This document shows, one piece after another, positions 1 to 15,302 of a stretch of DNA of 64,000 bases; position 1 is the first letter of the stretch; each line of letters starts with the position of its first letter. This DNA is from Eledone cirrhosa. Taxonomy: Eukaryota. The position numbers and the translations under genes are program-made. The notes under the pieces were generated by a model, which made no database searches, had not been told where the DNA came from, and saw only the letters and a program-made list of their open reading frames with translations. The stretch is from assembly GCA_964016885.1 (NCBI GenBank), contig OZ024755.1, positions 3,348,001 through 3,412,000 of the forward strand, written 5' to 3'.

Positions 1-855
1 AACTTCATTATCGTCATCTTCAACAAGAATAGGTTTCCATTTGTAGAAGCAAGACAGTAAACTAAGACGTTTGATTTCTCCCTAAAACAAGTCTAACACA
101 GGACAGGAAGTCATTAGAGGCGGAGCACACGATTATATTAACAAAGCCCGGTATGATGAAAGACATATTTGAATGTAAAATATGTAACTAAAGAAAAAAA
201 AAAGGACACATTAAATAATGTAGTCCAAGGTACATTAATCCGAAGTAATTATTGTTGGAATGCTTTTATAAAATTTAGTGCGAGATCACCCTTTCAGGGG
301 CCTCCGCGGTGGGTATAAAGGAAAAACATTATTCTGAGACACTCATACAGTTGAAGCTAATGTTTGAAAACAGCGTGAACTCCGGTAAATGTACTCAGAA
401 GCCAGGTAATGATGTTAACAGGAAGACGGAAAAACAATAACAGGTACTGAACCCTGGACTCAGCCCTATTGGGGTGGGAGTTCTAACTTTATTTGACAGC
501 TTTTAAGGTGTGCGAACTTTCTAAGACATCTCAATTTTCGCCTGACATTTGTCGCCGTCTTCACTATCAGATCCTTTTAAAATTTGATATATTATAAAAT
601 ATAACTATTTTATATGTTGATATATTAGTGGTGTTTCGGATACAAAAGGTCCTTGAGTAAATCTACAATTTATTTTTACTCAAAACTACCCCAAAAGTTA
701 TTTTGGAGTAGTTTTGAGTTATCAACTCATTATGTTGTACTAATGGACCAGTGCTGTCAATAAAATAGCCATTAAATTGGTATTTAATTCCTGGAGTCCA
801 GGACTGGTATGCTATGTATACCAGGATTACTAAATATATGGATATTTATATATAG

Positions 856-1302
856 TGAAGGCACATGGCTTAGTGGTTAGAGCATTTGGGCTTGCAATCG
901 AAAGGTTGTCAGTTCAATTCTCAGACCGGATGATGTGTTATTTCCTTGAGCAAGACACTTTATTTCACATTGCTCCAATTTACTCAGCTGTAGAAATGAG
1001 ATGATAGGACTGGGGTCTATCATTCCACTGCAAAGTGGTCGTGGAGGTGCCACGGCAAAAAAGCACCCAGCCCACACTGTAAAGTGGACGTGTAGGCGCC
1101 ACGGAAAAAAAAAAGCACCCAGTACTCACTGTAAATGAAGTTGGTGTTAGGAAGGGCATCCAGCTGTAGAAATCTAGCCAGAATCAGTTCCAGTATGAGC
1201 AAGACAAGGTCAACCGACCGGACACTGCCCACAACAGGACATCTCGTCTAACCCATGCTAGCGTGGAAGAACAGACGAAAAATGGTGACGATGATGATGA
1301 TA
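856..1302 (+). mobile_element. tRNA-headed SINE plus RTE-tailed SINE-like repeat
   Basis: Box A/B-like GGCTTAGTGGTTAG...AGTTCAATTCT, CORE-like CCTTGAGCAAGACACTTT, then GTTGGTGTTAGGAAGGGCATCCAGCTG and a (GAT)n tail. The tail family recurs near 9215, 17365, 30255 and 41080. Confidence 0.65.
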
Positions 1303-3582
1303 TGGTCCCATAACTCCCGAGCTATTGGTAGGGCACCATATTGAGATATGGTGTTTCTGTGGGTTATTTTTTTAAACCTGGCGGTTTATACAGCAGAATT
1401 ATTCCAGAGAAAGGAAGTGAGAAATACGTATAGAGGAAGAATCGATCCCAGTACTAGACTGGTACTTTTTTACCGACCTTAAACGGATGAAAGGCAAAGT
1501 TGACCAAAGTTGGAACGAATACTTCAAAGCATTCTACCTGACGTTCTGACGACTCTGCCTATATGAACATTCATACAAACTGGGGAATTTACGAATTTCT
1601 GGTTTACATAAATGAAACCCTATAGTTTATGTTGTTTATTGGCAACTTAAGATAATAGATAATAGTATTTTAATAATTTATATATATGATATAATTACAT
1701 AAACATACAATATTAAATATAAGAATATATTTAGAGAAATAACTATTTACAAAGACAAATATGGTAGGATTAGAACCCAAAACCCAGTTAGTGTAGATTT
1801 TAAAGAGTTACAGACGGAGATATATAAATATAGATACACACGTGAGGTATAATTATAGTCGACAGCTTATTAAATAATAGTGGACTTCAAAATAAGGAAA
1901 TTCAGTGAGGCAAGCTCAACAGTTTGTTTACGTGTATAATGAATTATTGTCATATTATTTCCCTTCCTGCTGGTGTTAGTTATGTTATAGAAATGCTATA
2001 GAGGAGGCGCGTGGCTTAGTAGTTAGGGTATTTAACAAGACGCTTTATTTCTACATTGCTCCAGTCCACTCCAGCTACAGAAAAAATGAGTTGTACCTAT
2101 AATTCAAGTGGCTAATCTTGTTACACGTTGTATCATGCAGAATATTCCAGAGATCTGCACGTTTCTGTGGAATACTCAGCCATTTTACACATTAATTGAA
2201 GCAACTGGACCACTCGTCTTCGAAAATGACGGAGGTCCAACAACACAACATAAATATTATTGCTAATCATTGTCACTTTAGAAAATAGAAACTCTGGAGA
2301 AAACAATTTTGTAAGAGAGATATTTGGAATCAGTTTTACAGAGTAAGGAAGGAACACTGTAACCTCTACCTTTAGTCAACTAAACCCTAATCTTGTGTTG
2401 CTAAGATGCAAACTTTTTGGGGGAACATTAAAATAAAAAGCGATTTATAAGCCGTAAAATGTATGTATGAATGGACATGTAACACCTGGCGAAGTCATTG
2501 GGGAGGCACAGTGACATATGGCCTGCCTTGGTAGTTTAAAACCAGAGCCCATCCTTTCTCCATATCTGAACACATAGGTAAGAAATAGTGAGAAAGAGAT
2601 ATATAGAAGAAAAATATAACTCGGTGCTTGACTGGTTTTTTATTTTTTATTTTTTTTGGTTATCGACTCTCAAAGGGATAAAAAGGTAAAGTTGACCTCG
2701 GCAGGATTTGAACTCAGAGCAAAGCACTCTATCCAACGTTTTAACGACTCTGCCAATACACCGTCCGGCCATAAAATACGGTAAGAAGGTCTTGCACAAG
2801 TCTGTAGGAAACTTTAGTGAGAAGTGTTTGGAAATAATAGTTATTCTTACAATGGATAAAGGAATCCAAATTAGAATTCTTGCACGAGTCAATTGAGAAA
2901 AGATCAAGAACATTTTCCTTTTACACGTGGTAGGGTTTGTTGTGAGGAAATTTTACAGCTAACACAAATCTTTGAGGCAGGTGCCATGATGCCATGACCC
3001 AGTGTTTCAGATTCTCTGAGTCAGAGAAATATTTTTAATGGATATTTAAAACATTTTTTAAAGTCTTTTAAATCTTCATTTACCACATGTAGTATTTGAC
3101 ACAAAATGTAAACTTACTACACAAACAGGGATCAACTTCACGTTTTAAAATAATCACAGACACATTGCTTTAGACTGGCAGAAGTTACAGAAATTAAGCA
3201 TTTAAACATTTAGCGATGATAATCGCTTGGAACACAAGGCCACAATTATGTGTGTGTGTGGTGGTGTCCGAATAAACTGACCACAATACTTCACCTGGAC
3301 TTTATTTATCGATCTCGAGAGGATGAAAGGTAACGTTGACCTCAGCAGTACCTGAATTCGGAACATAAATATCCAACTTTGCCTCATGTTATTTTTTTGA
3401 ATAGATACAATATATGTTTCTGAGGAGGGCAGCAGATTGAATAGGGTTTTCGAGACTAGAAATAGGTAGTAACTTAATCACTACCATGTTAGTCGATAGA
3501 TCGATCAATCGACCCTCGGAAATGATCGGAAAACCATGAACTAACTCTCTACCTGCACCTGACTTCTGTTTTTATTGTTCAC

Positions 3583-3826
3583 ACACAATATATATATACA
3601 TACACACACACATATACATACATACATACACATATATATATATACATACATACACATATATATACATACATACATACACATATATATATATATATATACA
3701 TACATACACATATATATATATACATACATACACATATATATATATACATACATACACATATATAGATATACATACATAGACATATATAGATATACATACA
3801 TACACATATATATATATACATACATA

Positions 3827-3857
<31 letters not shown>

Positions 3858-4381
3858 ACATACACATACATACATACACATATACATACATACATACACA
3901 TATATATATATATACATATATACATACATACATACACATATATATATACATACATACACACACATATATATACATACATACACATATATATATATATATA
4001 CATACATACATACACACACATATATATACATACATACACATATATATATATATATACATACATACATACACACATATATATATATACATACATACATACA
4101 CACATATATATATATACATACATACACATATATATATATATATATACATACACATATATACATACATACATACACATATATACATACATACACATATATA
4201 TATATATACATACATACATACACATATATATATATACATACATACATACACATATATATATATATACATACATACACATATATATACATACATACACATA
4301 TATATACATACATACATACATACATATATATATATACATACATATATATATATATATATATACATACATATATATATATAT

Positions 4382-4412
<31 letters not shown>

Positions 4413-4692
4413 CATACATATATATATATACATACATACATATATATATATACATACATACATATATATATATATACATACATATATATATATATATACA
4501 TACATATATATATATATATACATACATACATACACATATATATATATATACATACATACATACACATATATATATATATACATACATACACATATATATA
4601 TATATACATACATACATACACATATATATACATACATACACATATATATATATACATACATACATATATATATATATACATACATAAATATA
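3583..4692. repeat. Compound (TA)n/(TACA)n/(CA)n microsatellite
   Basis: Pure alternating purine-pyrimidine sequence. It produces the spurious Y/I/C/M/V ORFs. Confidence 0.97.
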
Positions 4693-5300
4693 TGGCGGCT
4701 GCCAACTCGTTTTTCGAGTACGGCCACTACTTTATATCCATGTAGGAGAACTCCTACCGATGTGCTGAACGAGTGTGACTCTTTAGTCCAGCCAGCGACT
4801 TGAAAACTCTGGTACAAACACTACACTTGTGACAATTATTGACACATAGTGCTGGGCCCATGGTACCATATGTCGACAAGTGCAGAGAGAGCTCCAGATA
4901 TAAAGCAATGCCTGTGCCGTGAAGCTTTTATAGTGAGCAAAGGCATTGCACAAAGCCAGTCCCACTCTCTTAACCAAGAGGATATTTACCAAAAAGAAGA
5001 ACAAGTCAACATCATTGGATACCATCAGGGTTGCAGGTGTTATATCAGAGTTTTCCTTCTCCTAGAATTCTGCCTTGACAAAGGCTAAGGGGTCATCTCT
5101 CCCGGTGGTTTTGGATGGCCATTGACTCTTAAGAGCTCCTTTGCCCTTTGACAGGTTTTGTTTTTAGTCCCGCAGGATGTCCAAAGTCACCCTCCTCACC
5201 AAGAAACCTTGGTGGGGTTGCCAGTTTAGTCGCCAACGACCCGACCATGACACAGGTTGTACTGGGATACATGTTACCAGTAGCACCACCTGGTGACCTG
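4692..5300 (-). mobile_element. Bipartite non-autonomous RTE-clade element (5' UTR fused to 3' end) inserted in a microsatellite
   Basis: GC-richer 610-bp island with an RTE-type 5' UTR motif CTAGGAGAAGGAAAACTCTGA. It ends with a C2H2 finger [23 protein letters not shown]-stop (4825-4754) and a 3' hairpin ACTCG-AAAAA-CGAGT. Confidence 0.6.
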
Positions 5301-5924
5301 ACATACACATAAATATATATATATATACATACATACATATATATATATATACATACATACATATATATATATATACATACATACACATATATATATATAC
5401 ATACATACACATATATATATATACATACATACACATATATATATATACATACATACACATATATATATATACATACATACACATATATATATATACATAC
5501 ATACACATATATATATATATACATACATACACATATATATATATATACATACATACACATATATATATATATACATACATACACATATATATATATATAC
5601 ATACATACACATATATATATATATACATACATACATATATATATATATACATACATATATATATATATACATACATATATATATACATACATACATATAT
5701 ATATATACATACATACATACATATATATACATACATACATACATATATATACATACATACATATATATATACATACATACATATATATATATATACATAC
5801 ATATATATATATATACATACATACATATATACATACATACATATATACATACATACATATATATATATATACATATATATATATACATACATATATATAT
5901 ATACATACATATATACATACATAC

Positions 5925-5971
<47 letters not shown>

Positions 5972-7464
5972 CATATATATATACATACATATATATATAC
6001 ATACATATATACATACATATATATATACATACATATATATATACATACATATATATATACATACATATATATATACATACATATATATATACATACATAT
6101 ATATATACATACATATATATATACATACATATATATATATATACATACATATATATATACATACATATATATATATATATACATACATACATACATATAT
6201 ATATACATACATACATATATATACATATATACATATACATACATACATATATATATATATACATACATACATATATATATATATACATACATATATATAT
6301 ATATATACATACATATATATATATATATATATACATACATATATATATATACATACATATATATATATACATACATATATATATATACATACATACACAT
6401 ATATACATACATACACATATATACATACATACACATATATACATACATACACATATATATATATACATACATACACATATATATATATATACATACATAC
6501 ACATATATATATATACATACATACACATATATATATATACATACATACACATATATATATATACATACATACACATATATATATATACATACACACACAT
6601 ATATATATATACATACACACACATATATATATATACATACACACACATATATATATATACATACATACACATATATATATATACATACATACACATATAT
6701 ATATACATACACACACATATATATATACATACACATATATATATACATACATACACATATATATATACATACATACACATATATATATATATACATACAT
6801 ACACATATATATATATACATACATACACATATATATATATACATACATACATACACATATATATACATACATACACATATATATATATACATACATACAC
6901 ATATATATACATACATACACATATATATATATACATACATACACATATATATATATACATACATACACATATATATATATACATACATACACATATATAT
7001 ATATATACATACATACACATATATATATATATACATACATGCACATATATATATATACATACATGCACATATATATATATACATACATACATACACACAT
7101 ATATATATACATACATACATATATATATATATACATACATACATATATATATATATACATACATACATATATATATACATACATACACATATATATACAT
7201 ACATACACATATATATATATACATACATACATACACATATATATACATACATACACATATATATACATACATACACATATATATATATACATACATATAT
7301 ATATATATATACATACACACATATATATATACATACACATATATATATATACATACACACACATATATATATACATACACACACATATATATATACATAC
7401 ACACACATATATATATACATACACACACACATATATACATACACACATATATATATATATACAC

Positions 7465-7521
<57 letters not shown>

Positions 7522-7784
7522 TATATATATACACATATATATATATATACACATATATATATATACACATATATATATATATACACATATATATATATAT
7601 ACACATATATATATATATACACATATATATATATACACATATATATATACATATATATATATACACATATATATATATATACACATATATATATATACAC
7701 ATATATATATACACATATATATATACACATATATATATACACATATATATATATACACATATATATACATACACATATATACAC

Positions 7785-7815
<31 letters not shown>

Positions 7816-7816
7816 C

Positions 7817-7847
<31 letters not shown>

Positions 7848-8039
7848 CATATATATATATACATATATATACACATATATATATATACACACATATATAT
7901 ATATATATACATATATATACACATATATATATATATATACATATATATACACATATATATATATACACATATATATATATACACACATATATATATATAC
8001 ACACATATATATATACACATATATATATATATACACATA

Positions 8040-8075
<36 letters not shown>

Positions 8076-8092
8076 CATATATATACATATAT
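5301..8092. repeat. Compound (TA)n/(TACA)n/(CA)n microsatellite, 2.8 kb
   Basis: Directly visible. Confidence 0.97.
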
Positions 8093-8257
8093 ACTCTAAA
8101 AACCGGTTTGTCTGTTTGGTTACATACAGACTAGCTGGACACTCACAGTAAAGTGTCCAGTGAAAAACTCGGTACATCTACATATGTATACGTGTGTGTA
8201 TTTATATGCATACTAGTATTTCAGTATACATATGTGGATGTACACTTTTAACTTAAT

Positions 8258-8572
8258 CATATATATATATATACACATATATATATATATACACATATAT
8301 ATATATACACACATATATATATACACACATATATATATATATATACACACATATATATATATATATACACATATATATACGCACATATACACACATATAT
8401 ATATACGCACATATACACATACACATATATATATATATACACACACATATATATACACATATATATACACATACATATATATATATATACACATATATAT
8501 ATATATGTATACACATACATATATATATATATATATACACATACATATATATATATATATATATACACATAC

Positions 8573-8603
<31 letters not shown>

Positions 8604-9002
8604 TATATATACACATACATATATATATATACACATATATATACACATACACAATATATATATATACACAATATATATATATACACATACACACATATAT
8701 ATACACATACACAGATATATATATATACATACATATATATATACACATACACACATATATATATACATACAGATATATATATATACATACATATATATAT
8801 ACACACATATATATATATACACATACACAGATATATATATATATATATACACATAGATATATATATACACATACACACATAGATATATATATACACATAC
8901 ACACAGATATATATATATATATATACACATACACATATATATATATACACACAGATATATATATATATATAAATACATACACACAGATATATATATATAT
9001 AC
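8258..9002. repeat. Compound (TA)n/(CA)n microsatellite
   Basis: Directly visible. Confidence 0.95.
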
Positions 9003-9601
9003 AAAGAGTTAGTCGTTTATTAAAGATATGTGCCTGTGTATATATAAATATATGAGTATATATATACAGGGTCTCCCTTCAACAGCATTCTAATAAATAT
9101 TACCTGTACAGGTAATCAGTGTGCATACATTTTGGGGGACACACATTTATAAATGGAGATATTCACTTAATTCAGACAAGACAGTTATCGATTGCCTTTT
9201 GAAGAGACATACCTATCATCATCATCATCAGGTTTAGCGTCCGTGTTCCACACTTGCATGGGTTTGGACGGGGGTTTTCCCACTTGAGGCAAGAGTGATT
9301 GTCTTGCTCGCATAGGACTGTCTGGCGGGTTTTCTACAGTTGGATGCCCTTCCTAACACCAACCACATTTACAGTGTGGGGCTGGGAGGTTTTTACCGTG
9401 TTGCCTACACGGCCACATTACAGCGTGGACTGTGTGTTTTTTGTCGTGACACCTACACGATCTCATTTGTTTCGGCCTGGATGTTGTGGGACCAACATAA
9501 CTTTACATTGAAAGGGGCGGTGTGGGTGGGGTGGAGGTGGTGGGACGGGGGTGTGTTTTGATAGAGGTGCCTACTGACTGTAGTAGGTTTTTACTTTGTA
9601 T

Positions 9602-9880
9602 TTAGGTAAGGCGGGTCTTCTCTATTACTGAGTACCGCCAAAGGTCTCGGTCCAGTGACATTGTCTTGGAGAGGTGTAAGCGTGTGAGGTCGGAATTTAT
9701 CAGCTCGTCCCATGTTTTTCTGGGTCTGCCTACTCCGTGGCTACCGTCTATCTTTATTGCCCTGCACTTTGTTATACAGCTATCGTCTTTCATGCGCATC
9801 ACGTGACCGTACCAACGTAGCCTTCTCTCGAGTAAACAACATCTGATCCCTCTTATTTCTAATTTTTTCCTTAGTTCGTT
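9602..9880 (-). mobile_element. RTE-clade LINE 3' fragment
   Basis: Translates to RRLRWYGHVMRM...GRPRKTWDE...DRDLWR, the conserved C-terminus of RTE ORFs. Confidence 0.85.
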
Positions 9881-9907
9881 TATGCTTTATATATATATAT
9901 ATATATA

Positions 9908-10033
9908 ACGAAGGAAGTGTGGTAAGGAACCAGGTGGTAAATAACGCACCAGAGTACTCAATACTTTGGGTAGTAGAGTGGGTAATAGGAAAATGTTCAG
10001 GACCCCGACGGCAGAGCTCAAGCCGTTTCGACG
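9908..10033 (-). mobile_element. Penelope-like terminal-repeat remnant with hammerhead 3' half
   Basis: Clear similarity to 42110-42245. The minus strand reads AGCCGTC-GAAA-CGGC-TTGAGCTCT-GCCG-TC and abuts (TA)n. Confidence 0.5.
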
Positions 10034-10698
10034 GCTATTTCTGGAGGGAGAGAGCTGGGGAGATGGAGTTTAACCCTGCGATGAACTGGCGTCCGTCTAT
10101 CCAGGATAGGCGGGTACTTGAACCCTCACGGGTTTAAACACCGATGAAACTTGGGTAAGCATCTGTCTGCCGAGCCTCTGGACTTGTGACAGTCTACCTT
10201 AATATACCAGCAAAGGTGATGTCTCGAAAGGTGCTAGCACCAAAGTGAAATCTCATCAACTTGTTTATTTTCGAAGCCACAAATGTTTCGTGATTTTTAA
10301 AAAATCAAAATGTGTGAATTTTATGTTTTTCTCAGCGGTATATTTACGATATAAATAGGATAAATTTAACAAGGACTTTTTTGGTATTTGTCGCAAGAGA
10401 ACCGAAAGACGATAACAAATACAGCTAATAAAAGGTGAAAAATAAAACCTAATAGGCAAGGGTTGGCCGAAAGGATCGATTTAGCATCATCCAATATAAA
10501 TATATCTCGAAGACTTCAGATCAAATTAACAAGAACTGAAGGGGTGAGGGCTTTTGGTTTTGTTATTTTCAGTGTGGGGGAAACAATTGGGAGAGATTAA
10601 TATTTAGCGTGCACACACACACACACACATATATATATATGCTAAATATTATTAATAATCTGTGTAGCGTGATGACTAATATGTATGTAAGATTATAT

Positions 10699-10810
<112 letters not shown>

Positions 10811-10949
10811 ATTATATATATATATATATATCTTCGTTTATCTAACGTATTGTAATTGATCTGAATAATTGTAATGTATGTGATGTCTTTACTGATCTTC
10901 TGGTGAAGATGATTGATCTTTTACTTTGTGTGTGATATATGAGTGTGTC

Positions 10950-10997
<48 letters not shown>

Positions 10998-11087
10998 CAA
11001 AAGGGATATTTAATTTGTTGGAAATTCAACAAATATAAATGTTTATAACTGATTCAGAGCACTCCACAGTTTTCTGGAGTAAATATT

Positions 11088-11349
11088 CAACGATATTAAA
11101 TAAATGGAAACTATATTTATAAAACCATATTTATTCTATTATATATATTTCAAGGGTACCAAAAACTTTGGTACGCTTTCAAGAAAAATTCAACTAATAA
11201 GATATGTTCCTTGGCTATGTCAAAATTTATAAAACACACTTTGTATTTTATCTGATGAAAGCGTACCAAAGTTTTTGGTACCCTAGAAATATATATAATA
11301 GAATAAATATGGTTTTATAAATATAGTTTCCATTTATTTAATATCATTG
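11088..11349. repeat. Long inverted repeat, about 94-bp arms (11088-11181 and 11256-11349), Penelope-like remnant between (TA)n tracts
   Basis: The arms are near-perfect reverse complements and include most of the hammerhead motif. Confidence 0.85.
11244..11305 (+). ncRNA. Minimal type I hammerhead ribozyme (Penelope-like pLTR type)
   Basis: Stem I TATTTTAT/ATAGAATA, CTGATGA at 11252-11258, long stem II (GTACCAAA/TTTGGTAC), GAAA at 11286-11289, palindromic TATATA in place of stem III, UA cleavage site at 11296-11297. Confidence 0.6.
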
Positions 11350-12047
11350 TATATATATATATATATATCAGTGTATGTGTATTTCAGTAAACTAGTTAAA
11401 CATGGAACTAATAATTATGAAGTGTAAATGGATGAAATAGATATATAACGGGTTTTGAAGACAGTTAAATATACAAGATATAATACACGTAGATATAATA
11501 TACACAGATATAATATACATATAATATTCATCTCTATAATTATATTGATGTGCAATAGAATCACATTAATTTTCATCCTCTCCTTCGAACGATCAACTAT
11601 ATTAACCACCACTACACGTTTTTTATTTCTTCTTTAAACAAACTGATGAAAAAAATATAGGATTGCATTGCTAAATCTATTATACTCCAACGTGAAGCCT
11701 AACTTAGGCCATGCACATTTTCTATTACAAATAAACGCAAACAAAATCGTTAAACAATAAAAAAAAATATATGATTATATATGAAGTGGAATGGTCGTCA
11801 TAAATTATAAAGGGTTAACTTTTCCTAAAGGGTTCCCTTTGACTATACCCCTACTCCAGCACCACGCCACATACATTTAACACCAGCCATACCCCGAAAT
11901 AACGAGAAACAATAGACAAATAATGTCCAGAAGAGAAATTAGCGGGTGGGAGGATTGAGAGAGAGAGAGAGACATGAATGATGGAAGGATAGATCAGTGT
12001 ATATATATATATACACATACATCTATATATATATATATACACATACA

Positions 12048-12090
<43 letters not shown>

Positions 12091-14177
12091 GGAGTAATGA
12101 GTTATGTGGCAATTGAATCAGTGTAGATATATACCAATCTTAGCACTCACCCCTTTTCAACTGAGGCTAGTCATTGGAGAGGGAAGCTTAGGAGTGAGTA
12201 TGGAAGGTATGAATCAGACATCAACAATAACATCAACTATATATTTAAATTAAACAAAATGCCAAAGGTAAGACGGTAAAAATAAATATTTTTTTAAAAC
12301 CATTAACTAACCATGATGATAGATAGATCAACAAAAACGATTACATTTATAAATATATGTATATGTGTATATATATATTATATATACCTACCGTAGAATT
12401 TGTTTTTAAAAAAAGAGATGGTCAGTTGACAACAACACAAGCATCAAGCGAGCACTGACTTCAATAAAATGCAATTAAGGGTGGTTGCTGGGAGTTGAGG
12501 GGTGGGGGGAGGTAACTGAGAGATTTGAAAGAGATACGCCTGCGCAGTTACAACGAGCTAGGACGGTTAACAGTTGAAAAAATACCCCCCACCAATAGAT
12601 ATCCGAGTCATAATATCATTTTTTTTTTTATATTATCATTTTTATTATTATTCCCCCAAAGAGAAAGATCAAATTTGATAACAAGATATTTATTTATTCA
12701 GATGATTTGCCCAACACAAAGACGTTCAGATACTTTTTTTTTTTTTTCATGACAACACGCAAAACTAACGTAGTACATCACGAGGGAGCTGCTTTATACG
12801 CGGCCATTTGATCTGCTAGAAATAGCAGCTAACACTCCCTTAAATCCCAACTTAGTCTTAAAAAGAGGAAGGGCACATAATGTCCTAGACACACTCTTGT
12901 AGTCTTTCTTTCATCAGAAATGTTCTCAGTCATGGCTAAACATCACTATGATTCTTACCGATGCGCACCTACAATCTCTCAGCGATTAATATTATTTATA
13001 TATATTGATATATATATAGCAGTATTGTGAGAAAGAGGAACAAAACGCATTGTGATATTTAGTTACGTTCCTGTCTATACTGAGTTCGATTTTCGCCTGA
13101 TTCGAATACAAAATAAAGTACCACTCTAAATGTTTATTCTCTTTACCAAAACTTGTAGCAATGTGTCTGTAATAAATCAATTATTAGTCATTTTTACTTA
13201 TATTTACATCCTAATGTTATTCCCTATCTCTTTTTTGTAATCATTATCATATTTTTTTAATTTACTTTATTCGTGTTTAAACATCAAACAATTAAATAAT
13301 TAAATACGAAAATATTTATAAAATAACAGTAGATTTAGTTATCCATCTTGTTATTGTTGGTAAATTTTTTAAGTCAACAAGGAAAATGATATTTTTAGTG
13401 TATATAAGACAGAATTACGATAAACGTCCACGTGAATGCCTCAGAAAACATTTTCTTCTCTTTTAATTGAAAATAAAGAAGAAAAACTAAAACAAACCAG
13501 GTGACAATTTAACAAAGTATATATTTAAAATAATAGAAGTGTTTTACGATGTTAGATCTGTAAGAGAGATAAGACAGACTGAGAATAGAGAGCCGAATGG
13601 CATGATGGGAAATATTGATTTTTTTCTGGGTCTTCTATGTGACTATATATATGTGTGTGTGTATGTATATATATATATAGAGAGAGAGAGAGTGAGGGAG
13701 ATAAGGGTGTGTATATATACATACATGCAGATATATATATGCCAACATAAAGAAATACATATATAGTCTTCATAACAATATATTTCACATATATAGTATA
13801 AGATAGATATACCACAGTCAAACTCCTTTCTCTCTCTCTATAATATATATATATACACACACACACATATATATATATATGTGTCATATACTAATAAGAT
13901 AATAGTTCATAATAATGATTTCTAATAATAACGATTGTTTCTTATATAGGAACAAAGCACATTTTTTTCTTGTTGAGTGGCGACAAGTTTATTGAATTAG
14001 TCTTAACTAGTACATATTTTATCTAACTCAGTGAGAGGGGAAAACACTAAGTTAGTTCAGACAGGGTTAGAACTCAGAACGGTAAAAAATATCATGATTA
14101 AATAACGCAACATACAAGAACTGGTCGCTCTACCAATTCTACCCAGCTCTCCTCATCCAGAATGTTTTTTTTTTTAA

Positions 14178-14460
14178 ATGACTCCGGGTAAAGCTGCTAC
14201 TTCTCCGAATTAAGAGATTACAAGTTCGATATTATGGGTATGCGGTTAGAATGTCTCAGGAAAGAATCACTGGACAGATTTTACGAGCAAAACCAACCGG
14301 CAGGAGACCCTGGGGTAGACACCGAGCAAGATGGTTGGATAACATCCATGAGCTTGGCTGGTCTCGCTTGGGGATCCAGCCAGATCAGCTGGAGATGGTT
14401 GCTTCTGATAGGACTCGCTGGAAGGAGTGTTTGAGGTCTGACCCCCACGACCCTCTCGAA
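14178..14460 (+). mobile_element. RTE-like LINE 3' fragment
   Basis: SQVRYYGYAVRMSQERITGQILRAKPTGRRPWGRHRARWLDNI...DRTRW. Related copies lie at 58540-58900 (-) and 41760-41930 (-). Confidence 0.75.
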
Positions 14461-14870
14461 GATTTCATAGATCATCAGTACTTGATTGGTACTTTATTTT
14501 ATCGACCTGGCAAAGATGAAAGCCAAAGCTAACCTCGACAGGATTTGAACTCAGAACACCATAGTACATCGTCCGCCGCCCTGCTTTTATCATCACACAT
14601 CTTCGGTAATAATAAAATGGTTTCTGATTTAGGCACAAGGCAAACAATTTGGGGGTGGGATCGATTAAATCAACCCCAGTGCATTAATGGTAGTTTATTT
14701 TATCGATCCTAGAAGGATGAAAGGCAATGCTAACCTTAGCGGGATTCGAACTTAGAACGTAAAGGGGCGTAACTACTATATGTCACAAAGCATGTTCTTC
14801 GACGCTCTACCGATTCTGCTCTAGCATTTCTTCTTCCGTCTTGCTTCTATTATCCCCAACCATGGTGGTG

Positions 14871-14916
<46 letters not shown>

Positions 14917-15302
14917 CGGCGCTAGTGGTAGTAGTAGTAGTAGTAGCGGCGCTAGTGGTAGTAGTAGTAGTAAGATAGAAAGAGATAAAGAGAGAGGAGA
15001 GGGGTTGTCATGGAAACTGTTCACCATAGCGACGAAGTGACAGATGAAAGTGAGGCTGTCATCTGGTCGCTTATCAATAAACCAGATCAGAACTTTATCT
15101 GATTAAATGGCGGTGAAAAACGAAACGTCTGATAGAAATAGCTGGTTTGTTCAGTGTTGGCTGGTTAACATATAACTAGGCCTTTTTCTCCTATCTTCCC
15201 TGCATCCAAATCCAGCTGGAAAATTAGTGGGTTGCCTTGTTTTAAGTGTTTTTAAATAAAACTTTTAGTACCAATGTCGTCATATTTATTCATTATCACC
15301 TT

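Noticed and set aside
500-580. Hammerhead-like GTGAAGA...CGAAA on the minus strand
   Set aside because: Core C is missing and there is no convincing stem I or III.
856-930. tRNA gene
   Set aside because: Only box A/B-like remnants continuing into SINE body sequence, with no complete cloverleaf.
3541-9004. Long ORFs of 200-970 aa rich in Y/I/C/M/V/H/T
   Set aside because: Translation artefacts of stop-free alternating purine-pyrimidine microsatellites.
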